From: Eimeria praecox
Lineage: Eukaryota
Assembly: GCA_963920595.1 (NCBI GenBank)
Contig: OY986947.1
Span: 186,001-250,000, forward strand
Length of the DNA: 64,000 bases
Direction of reading: 5' to 3'
Positions 41,701 to 52,400 of the stretch are shown piece by piece. The position numbers and the translations under genes were made by a program. Position 1 is the stretch's first letter; each line of letters starts with the position of its first letter. Below the pieces are notes generated by a model. That model worked only from the letters and a program-made list of their open reading frames with translations, ran no database searches and had not been told where the DNA came from.

Positions 41701-42393
41701 GTGTAGCAGGAACATACAATCTGCTTCACACTAGTAGCTGGCGAATTCAAGGGCTGCGAAAGGCTGTCTGCCAAATGTGCTGCATTATTTGACCCAATGG
41801 CACAGGCCCGCCGGATTAGCCAGCTAGCAGTCGAACACCAAGGGATATTCCGCTCCTAACAGCGTGCACTCGTGGCCAGCTGCCGAACCCCAAACACCGC
41901 AAGGTAGCGCTGTTGACCATTTCATCACAAACCCGGCAGCAATAATAAAGAAAACGTGCATATCGGCTTCTCGATACCACGCCGCAACAACCCGCCAAAA
42001 GACTATCAACTTGCGCTCTTGTGCAGCTGCCCGCCAGAAAACCCCAACATAGCCAGGCATACATCTTCTGGTGACCGGCACCTTTGTTTTATCAGGGACT
42101 CTCATTTCCTACAGCGGCTTTGCTGTTTCTCCCCATCCTAGCCTCCGCCTCCGCCCTCGCCGTCACCCGCAATATACACACTGCGCGACGTTAGCAGACT
42201 ACAAACACGCATAATTATAGCAAGACCTTCAACATGTGCCGGTGCCACACAGAATGAACCCTGCAAAATTTGCTGACGCTCTAAGAGCAGCGTGCGTAGG
42301 GTTCCGTACTAATTTGCTCAAACAGAACAAACCACGTTAATTGCGCAAAGCAAAGAAGCATGATTAGCTGTGGCCATACAATGCCAAGGATAC

Positions 42394-42461
42394 CTGCAGT
42401 TGCAAGCATGCTCTCTGTTGAAGGCCCGCAAACATCCCACAATCCCACAGCCTTACGAGAC
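42394..42461 (-). pseudogene. Orphan last exon of the WD40-like cassette
   Basis: Same ~330-bp deletion junction (GATATTGTGCAAGCTTACTCTTGTGAAAGAGTCC) at ~42860-42895. Confidence 0.5.
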
Positions 42462-44161
42462 CTAGTTCTGCAGAACATTGCAGAGCTTTCTCCACCAACG
42501 CAATCAGAATTTGGAAATGCTTCCGCAGTTCATTGTATATGAACTGGTAGGCTTCAAGCATCCAACTTGTTGAGCCATATGCTGCCGAAAATCCGATGCC
42601 AAAATTCGACTTATCAGTGGAGACAAGGCCTTCGGCCCAGGCAGCCAAAAGCAGCCATCTGCGTCGAAATGTGGCTTCAAACTCTTGTCTGCACAAGCGT
42701 GAAGTGGCACGCACCTTTCAACAACGCTTTAAGTCGGCGTGAGTGTGCTGTTGCGGACTGCTCTCAAACCATGGCGCTGCCTTCAAACAGGTGCCCAATC
42801 CAGGTAATTCAAGGGCTGCATCTCCACGCACTTTCTTAACACATGGAGCGCATTGTTTAGATATTGTGCAAGCTTACTCTTGTGAAAGAGTCCGCGTTTG
42901 TCTGTTCTATGGTAATGCATGACTCGCAGCAGAGCTAAGCAAAGTCAACTGATGCACTGCTTGTGCAACTGCAAATGTCTGCCATCGTGGCGTTCTTCAG
43001 CCCTCGCTGATTAAGCACCCCGCATTAAATTCGCTTCCCTTATTGACCAACTATTGCGGACAAACCAGTTCAGTTCACAACGAGACTCATGCGCTGACAG
43101 AACCGCATAGAATCCACATTAATGGGCTCACGCGTCATATTTCCATGCCGGGAGACATGTTCAAGTCACTGACGAATATCTTGTTCCATGCAGCTTACCG
43201 TATGCGTACCTCACAGCTACACACCAAATCTCATTAGGTGAACCGTTCACACTCAGAAGCTCAATCCAAATCAACAGTTCTGACTTCTCATTCGAACAAA
43301 GCCGCCACTCCCAACAGGTGCGCAGCTACACATGTTCTTCGATACTTCAGTGCCGAAGCCCGCATCCAACAAAGGTTCCCCCACTGTATATCTGCTCACG
43401 CGACATTTCCCTCAACGATGCTGCAAACTGTTTCTGTGCAAGCGAACGTCATGGGCGTCAGGCACCGTTTGTAGAAGTTACGTACCACCTGTATCACACT
43501 AGTAGCTGGCGAATTCAAGGGCTGCGAAAGGCTGTCTGCCAAATGTGTTGCATTATTTGACCCAATGGCACAGGCCCGCCGGATTAGCCAGCTAGCAGTC
43601 GAACACCAAGGGATATTCGGCTCCTAACAGCGAGCACTCGTGGTCAGCTGCCGAACCCCAAACACCGCAAGGTAGCGCTGTTGAACATTTCATCACAAAC
43701 CCGGCAGCAATAATAAAGAAAACGTGCATATCGGCTTCTCGAAACCATGCCGCAACAACCCGCCAAAAGACTATCAACTTGCGCTCTTGTGCAGCTGCCC
43801 GCCAGAAAACCCCAACATAGCCAGGCATACATCTTCTGGTGACCGGCACCTTTGTTTTATCAGGGACTCTCATTTCCTACAGCGGCTTTGCTGTTTCTCC
43901 CCATCCTAGCCTCCGCCTCCGCCCTCGCCGTCACCCGCAATATACACACTGCGCGACGTTAGCAGACTACAAACACGCATAATTATAGCAAGACCTTCAA
44001 CATGTGCCGGTGCCACACAGAATGAACCCTGCAAAATTTGCTGACGCTCTAAGAGCAGCGTGCGTAGGGTTCCGTACTAATTTGCTCAAACAGAACAAAC
44101 CACGTTAATTGCGCAAAGCAAAGAAGCATGATTAGCTGTGGCCATACAATGCCAAGGATAC

Positions 44162-44229
44162 CTGCAGTTGCAAGCATGCTCTCTGTTGAAGGCCCGCAAA
44201 CATCCCACAATCCCACAGCCTTACGAGAC
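44162..44229 (-). pseudogene. Orphan last exon of the WD40-like cassette
   Basis: Same deletion junction at ~44628-44662. Confidence 0.5.
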
Positions 44230-47200
44230 CTAGTTCTGCAGAACATTGCAGAGCTTTCTCCACCAACGCAATCAGAATTTGGAAATGCTTCCGCAGTTCA
44301 TTGTATATGAACTGGTAGGCTTCAAGCATCCAACTTGTTGAGCCATATGCTGCCGAAAATCCGATGCCAAAATTCGACTTATCAGTGGAGACAAGGCCTT
44401 CGGCCCAGGCAGCCAAAAGCAGCCATCTGCGTCGAAATGTGGCTTCAAACTCTTGTCTGCACAAGCGTGAAGTGGCAAGCACCTCCTAACAGCGCTTTAA
44501 GTCGGCGTGAGTGTGCTGTTGCGGACTGCTCTCAAACCATGGCGCTGCCTTCAAACAGGTGCCCAATCCAGGTAATTCAAGGGCTGCATCTCCACGCACT
44601 TTCTTAACACATGGAGCGCATTGTTTAGATATTGTGCAAGCTTACTCTTGTGAAAGAGTCCACGTTTGTCTGTTCTATGGTAATGCATGACTCGCAGCAG
44701 CGCTCAGCAAAGTCAACTGATGCACTGCTTGTGCAACTGCAAATGTCTGCCATCGTGGCGTTCTCCACCCCTCGCTGATTAAGCAACCCGCGTTAAATTC
44801 GCTTCCCTTATTGACCAACTATTGCGGACAAACCAGTTCAGTTCACAACGAGACTCACGCACCAACAGAACCGCATAGACTCCGCATTAATGGGCTCACG
44901 TGTGATATTTCCACGCCGGGAGACATGTTCAAATCACTGAAGAATATCTTGTTCCATGCAGCTTGCCGTATGCGCACCTCCTGCGTTAAGTCAAACAAAA
45001 AACACCTATTAAACCGGATGCAATAAGCATGAGTACTAAGCGAGGAGCTGAGGCGGTTTAAAGGGAATAAATCAGCCCTAACCTCTAGACGCAAAATTGC
45101 CTCTCACTGCAGTGACCTAAACACCACAGTGCTTTGCCGCTCCAGCACCACATGATGCGAGCTAATTACTTCGGTGGTGCCAACATAAACTGACGTCGCT
45201 CATAGTGTCTGTTTGCATCCCTCAGAAATATTGAATGCACAGATGCAAAGATGAATGAGTTATACGAAACTACCATCATCTTCAGGATGCGCGTAAACTA
45301 AGCAGAACGCGTTTCGAGCGAAACTGTCCGCAGAAAAATCGCGTAGCAGTTACGCTGCCTAATGAATGGCCATATGGACCTCGCCTGGTTCCCATCAGCA
45401 AATGGGGAACCTGGTGGCCAGCCATCACTCAGCAGCCTGATCCCTAAAGCGTGTTCTCTGGAAAGATCAAGCACTGGGCACCTAGTACACACATCGCGAG
45501 CCCCTAGCAAAACAAAACCACTTGTCCTGCCGCACGGCGCCTTAAACGTACTAGCGCAACCGCAAGCAAGCCTCCTCCTAACACAGTGTATTGCTCCACT
45601 CTGTGCTGCTCATTAAGCTCTGTCTGCATCGAAGCCAAAACGCATGGATTGTCATGCCACCGGCGTCAATGCACCCGCTGTTAGGAGGACGTTTGCGCGT
45701 CATGCAAAAGGCACCCAAACGTTCTTTTTTCAGAAACACACTTAAATGACCTGAAGCGTGACTTACCTCAAGCCCACGGCGACGCTGCCCACCAGAGCGA
45801 GAGCAGCGCTGCTTACCTGCATGCAAATAAGTAGCTTCTCTGCAAAGCGGAACTGCACAGCAGTACCTCTGGGGACAAACGATGCATTGCACACCTCCAA
45901 CGGTGGAGTCGATGGAAATGCTTGCGGCTGGACAGGATGTTCGCCAGACGTTTTACAGCATAGCACCACCTAACTCGAGCCCAAATCCAGTTGGAAAGGA
46001 TTGACGCACTTCCTGAGATCGTAAACAACGTGCAGCGGTCAGGGCGCGACTAGTGCCGTTTGGCGTTCCCCATAGTTGAATGCGCTTCTCTATGGGGCGA
46101 TGCAGCTTCCACCCGGCTATCTAAATCCATGATGCAGTCCACTGAGACTAGTCCAATTAACCTTCTCCTTTTACGGCAGTCGCCGTAAGCAGGCACAGCC
46201 CTGCCACATGCAGGCGCTACTGCAGACAAACAGGCCATCCTTACTTTTGCATCGCCGCCTTTAATGCCGTATATACAGAAACGTACAGGCACGCGACACA
46301 CCTGCATGCACCTCCTGCTGGTGCAGGAACATTCTCCGACACCTAGAGAACAATCGACCGAAACGTGCTCGAAATAGCTCTGCGTCATCCTCGCTTTCGC
46401 TCTTCAGTTGTTGCTGCAACCTCCCGTTAGCCCGCGTTAAATAATGCCCAACCCCGAAACACATGTTCACATCCACACTGCTTACCGACATCCGCCGCAA
46501 GTAGCATACAACCAATGCGCTTAACTGAGCGTCCAGATAGAGGCAGTCTTAGGCACCTCCTACCTTCAAAGTGTCGTCAACACAGCCAACCGCACGACGA
46601 AGGCACTCTGGCCACAAACCTGCCATAGCATGGCTGCCCACCCACCCCCTGTATCTCAGAAAGTGAGACGATTATTCAGGGCCTTGAGAAAATAAGAAGC
46701 TGCCCTTCAGCACCTTTCAACATTGTACCTACTTAGCAGCCTGCATCACGCGACTTGGGGGAGATCTTCAAACGGCACTGGCACCCCAACCAGCTCCATA
46801 ACCTCAGTTCCGCACCCTCCTCGCCTTGCTGGGCTTGCGTCGAACTGCTTCTGCCTATTCAACGGTTCCCTCTTTTTGACAACGTTGGCATTGACGCCCA
46901 ATGCGAGTCTCCATAGCTGGCGCGAATACACCAAAAATCGAACAGTCGTTAGCGTAGAGTGCTGACACAGAACTAGGCCACTCGGGTTCACAAATGCGCT
47001 CCACCGTGCATTCCGATGCACGACCAAATGCACTATGCAAACTAATGAGCGCATGTGCAGGATGTCGAAGCTGGCACAATAAATGGAGACGCTCCGAAAC
47101 CCACACTCGTCGTTCCATCCGCAAGAAGGGCCTAACACGCATTACGGCGTTACCAGCCTACGATTAGCCTACGATTATCGCGAGGACCTTCCAACTACGT

Positions 47201-47384
47201 TGGCCTAGCCTCGCCATGTAGGCATAGCGCACCCACACACCGAATCTCATCAGGTCAACCGTTCACACTCAGAAGCTCAGTCCAAATCAACAGTTCTGAT
47301 TTGTCATTCGAATAAAGCCGCCACTCCCAACAGGTGCGCGGCTACACATGCTCTTCGATACTTCAGTGCCGAAGTGCGCATCCG

Positions 47385-49457
47385 GGGTATGCATTTGGAT
47401 AGGATTGGACGATTGGGAACGTCTTGATCCACCCCGAGACAAGTGTGTTGCTCTGTGCGATGAAGCAACATGTCATGGACCAACTGATAAGCCAGCAGGA
47501 GAATGCCCCACGGTGTGAAGGGCCTTTAAGACTGAAGGAAACCCGCTGTCCATAGAAGAGACTCATGCGTAAAGCGTGAGGAGGACTGTTGCAGATTAGG
47601 TAATGTTTCTAGGCATAATAATGGCACTTGCCAATGCCGACGACGGCAACGCTCGGCCAACCGTACACGAGCATGCCATCGCAAAGCCAGCTAGCCGAGC
47701 GGGCGCAATTTGCTTTCAATACAAACAAAATCAGCACACTTCAATTACATGTACACCCCAAACGTGATGCCCTTACTAGCGTCTAGGAAAACGAAATGCT
47801 GATTCTGAATGCCTTCGTGACATGCCACTTCACGCAAAAAAGTCCGCAAGTGCAGCAGCACCTCCAGCAAACGTTCAACACCGCATGGAGCTTATTGGCA
47901 ATTGCGTTTGCTAGTTTTGTTTTGTGCACAGAATAATTGCAATGTCAAGTTTTGCCACGGCAGCATGCACCTCCACAATGCGCAGCAAGCTCATTTTTAG
48001 CTCAGATACGCGTTCTGGTGCACACGGTCAAGCCAGGTTGCGCATGGCTTTACGCGCTGCACCATCCCCACTGTCACAAACTGCCCACTGTAGAATGAAG
48101 CGAGCACGCCATAGCCGCACTATATCAACACTACGCATCTCCAGGCATTCAGACACAAGCGCTAAGCAACAAGGCAAATCCAGAAAAGAAGACTACGGGT
48201 ATCGCGGTGGACAAAGGCTGCGCGGGTCAGGCTACCAGCGACGAATCTGTCGCCGAAACTGAAGAGTTGGCTGTGGCGCCAGATACAGGAAGCTGAGTGC
48301 TGCTATATCCGAGATGCCTACGGGCTTGGAACTCTTCTTGTCTGCCCAATACTTACAGTTCAGTAGTTTTCAAGCGCTTTTCTCCAGAAATAGCCAGTGC
48401 ATAGAACTGTGGTGGTCTAAACAGTGTTGCCCTGGACAAGCTGCTTCAATCTGCAGATCAGCAAATGTCTCACGAAGATTGCCATGCCATACATTAACAC
48501 AAACAAGCACAATGCTGGTTCAGGCAAACCAAAAATATGGCTGAACCACTGTTCTGCCTTCACACGCCAGCCGAGCTGTGCGCTCTAGCAGTTTCAAAGG
48601 AGACAAATCCGCTATGCTCCGCAAGTCAAAAAGTTGCAGGCATGATCCCTTCACTTAATACACAAACTCGTTTATCTAGGCTGATAAGAACCCTTGCAAC
48701 CCTTCACGCCCTGTGATGTGTGTTACTCTCTTCAGTGGCACACTGCTCACTGCGTGTCACGGCGAGCGAAACGGCTACGTTTGAGTGCTACTGGGAAGTG
48801 ATTCCCCGGTTAAACCATCCAAAGAGCTGATGTTTTAGGAAGGCAGCTTGTCCTTTACATTACCGGCATCGCCGCCTAATACCAGCAATTTGCTGGATGG
48901 TGTTGCATCATGGGCATTTTCTCAACAAATCTGCCAGAACAATAGGTATATGCTAGTTCATGCAGTTGCGCTAGCAATCAATGCGCGCAAATGTTGTACA
49001 GCCGCCCATTTGAGCTCAGCTAAGAGGTTTACAAAAGGTAAAATAAGCAATGTCCGCCGCTCTTGAGCTTTCGCAGGCCAGTTGCGCTGCGGCATCCCCG
49101 CATGCTCACTGTGGTCACAGGTGCCTTTGCAACCACACACATTACCAGGCACAAATAGCTATCAATGCTCCCACTGGCCAAAACATCCTGTTTATTATCG
49201 GATCCTCAGCGCAACTCCTGGTGGCAGTTCGACGCCATATCACCAAGCGCAAGTTTTGCCATTACTGCGTGCAATCCCAGGGAGCGAGGGATGCATAGGC
49301 ATCCAACGCGAACTCATTATCCCTGCCCGATTCAACTATGTAGAGCCTGAACATAAGCAAAAAGCCAATTGTTAATACTGCGAGCACCACTAAGCAGTGG
49401 CAAGGCCTAATTGCCGTCCTCGCAGACATGCTGCAAGCGCTGTGTGCGTCGGGATAG
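47385..49457. other. Low-copy spacer between arrays; the right half contains diverged remnants of the array B unit
   Basis: No near-identical copy in the window. 48422-48450 matches 52356-52384 (27/29) and 48731-48768 matches 60615-60652 (33/38), in register with the 3951-bp period. Confidence 0.7.
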
Positions 49458-52400
49458 GGATACGCCAGCTTACCCCTGGCACACATATCAGCAAGCGCAG
49501 AAAAGGCAGAAACGGATCGCTGGGCAGACACGCTGTTGTCCACAAACCTTAAAGGCTTTCCGCCTTGACCAACAACGCTTCAGATCTCGTGAGGCAGCGT
49601 TAAATGCCAGCGAAATGCCTGTTTTACTGTTCTTGACGAATGTTAAAGAAAAGCATTTATACTCCAGCATCGTGCACAAAACAAACTTCGGACCAAGCAA
49701 TCACACCTGAATACCCCTCTGTCGCACCATGCAAATCGCGCATGCTCACGATGCCGACTATCGCAAACCCGGTGTTTTGTGCTCGGGATATTTCATTACC
49801 AGGGCCCGCAGCGCGTAGGTAAAGCTGCGCGCATTTCTCTGCCTTCTGATCCTGGAGGCTTGCACAGTGCCAACGACATAAATAGTACAATATCAAATAA
49901 ATCTACCACGACATTTAACACTCAGTTTCGCCGTGTAGTCCGCCTAACACCACTCACTCAGCACCAGTTAAAAGATGGGCTTGACTCCTTCGACAAGATT
50001 CTCAGACAAACGCTGCGATGGCAGCACCGACTGGTGGTTGTATGTGGGGAGTTTCTGGTGCCGTACTTTCTGCGAAGACGAGGAACGTGCAAGCGAATTG
50101 CTTTCCTATGGCGGGCCTGCACTACAAATACGCTGAACGCATGCAAGCTTCATCGTATGAGGCAAGTATTGGCTCATCCATAGCAAGGGCCTAACGCGTT
50201 CTACTTTCGCTTTCCCACGCATACGCCCACTTCTGTGCATGCCATACCAACCCAGACTACGGAGGCAAACCTGAATCATTGTCAAGTCAGCTAGGCAAAT
50301 GCTACGCTGCAAACGCATTAGCGACCCTCTGTGCACTCAAGCGGCAAGGCCTACCGTGATTCAGGTATAAAGGACCCAAATGAGGAGCAATCCCAAAACA
50401 TTTGGCCTGTTTGCCTCATAGACAAGCTGTTGGTACGTAACACAGCCATGCACGTTCGAGGCACATGGCGGCCAAATGCCAACACGACGCTTAACTGGCA
50501 GTGCGTGTGCCACTGTGGAGCACTAACAGAAGGCAAACAAAGCAGCAGGGTTCACGCCTTACTGAGCATGCACCAACTTGCTGCTGCTGCGTGGACCCGA
50601 CACCACGCCGAACTCTAATGCGCTGAAAATCCAAGCTAAGCTGCGCAAAGGCACTCATCCACTAAAGAGTCCCGATTCGACATACAGAGGTGTGATGGCG
50701 TGCAGCGCCTTAACAGTTCAAGGTCTGTGAGTGTGACATAATGCCAACTTCCTGCCCACTTCCTGCAGCATGAAATGAACGCCACGACACAAACTGTGAT
50801 ACGCACTATTTTTGCGTCACTGAGCTTTGCGCTGATGCCGGTCGCCAGAGCCGGGTGCCATCACAAAGCGGCCAGCACGATCCCTACTGCCAAACCACCC
50901 AAGCTAACCGATCTAGCGAGCCTTAGCGTGCGCAGACGGACATCGCCAACCCTCAAATCCCAACGATGCATCTGGCGTTTCCAGTGCTGTTCAACGATGC
51001 AAACACGCCAAATCGAACTTTTCTATGTTATGGATTGCTTAATGCTCTGATGGTCCAGCGCAGACGCCGAACCCAACCTTTAATACTCGGCTGTCGTCAG
51101 GAGCTCGATAGCGCAATCATTATAAACTAGGGCACCTGCACCAGGGCTAGAGTCCATGAAGCTAGCATGTGTGAAGGCTTTGCGCAGTTAAATATGAAAG
51201 CAGAGACTAATTAACAGAAGAAAATATCTTTAGAGGATCGTGTCCAGCCACCACTTGCACTGGGGCGCCCATGGGCAGAGGTTCCTCACTATCTTTGTTA
51301 AGCCGCATCAGGCATCGTGCCAAACAAGACAGCATGCGCACCCCCATGCCTGTACAGTATGGGCAAAAGCTCCTCAGCTGCATGCAACCAACAGGCGTTG
51401 ACACTCGCCATACGGATATCTACAACTTCTTCCACCTGCAGTCGCGTTTGCAGCAAAACGTGCCAAGAAGCACACAGGAAGTCCAGGGCGTGAGGTTGAA
51501 GGGGCGCAAATCTCCTGCCGCCAACAAGCATGTGGGTCCCCTGCTGCAGCAACCACATGATTGTTCCGAAGTATTGACGCACTTGCTGCAGGAATAGGGA
51601 GCTTGGGAACAAACATCGGGACGTTTGGTGGGGCTGCTGCTCATCATGCAGAGATGCTGTATGAACTGCGTAAACCACAATACGGACCAAAACCGTGCTA
51701 CAGCTGGCAAGCGAAACAACACTTCCAACACGCGTTGAGCACTACAGTGTTCCATAGAGACGTTAGGCATCCTTCTCTGGTAGCGCCGCTCTGCAGAGCA
51801 AGGATTTGCATCATCTGGCTTTGCCACAGTAGTATGTAGGTCCACAATGAGCAGCAAACGCACATTCAGCGCTGCAGCATATGCGCAAACAGACTAATAA
51901 CCCCACACGTGACCAGCCGTCTGTGTACCGTCTTACAGCCTGCATCATGCTCAATGCCAAAAGCTATCCAGGAAAGAATCAAACGAGTGCGCCCTGGCCA
52001 CACCGTCTCACCACCACGTATCTCCCGCAGTCCAGTCACACGCCCCAAATATCATGTCAAATTCAACTCCCCAAAAGGGTACCCAAATCCAGAACATAAG
52101 ACCGATATTGCGGTAGAGTACACCGTTGTCCTTGCGCCTTGGCAACCTCTTCGTGGCGCAGGCTACCCGAGACGAGCAAGGGGCCCAAACTGAAAGGATA
52201 GCTATGGCGGCACATGCATCAAGTTGCAATCCGCTACGCCCACGATGTCTACAGTCTTGCCACATGCGCTAGCCTGCTTAATGGGTAACCAGTGTACTGG
52301 CCTCAACTGCGCACCTCCAGAAAAAAATCATCGCGTAAATATCTGCTGATTTAAGCAGTGCTGCCCGGGACAAGCTGCTTCAATTGACAATTACCATGGG

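Larger units (their letters stand above)
1..47384. repeat. Tandem macrosatellite array A: 14 complete units of 1.8-4.8 kb plus partial ends; continues off the left edge
   Basis: The marker GTGAACCGTTCACACTCAG recurs at 458, 4755, 9562, 13911, 18251, 22600, 24701, 26802, 28903, 33253, 35353, 37122, 41470, 43238 and ~47254. Spacings are 4297, 4807, 4349, 4340, 4349, 2101, 2101, 2101, 4350, 2100, 1769, 4348, 1768 and ~4016. Similarity ends abruptly at ...GCGCATCCG (47384). Confidence 0.98.

Noticed and set aside
1..47384. rDNA, 5S or spliced-leader RNA tandem cluster
   Set aside because: I recognised no conserved rRNA, tRNA or snRNA sequence in either unit; not tested with covariance models.
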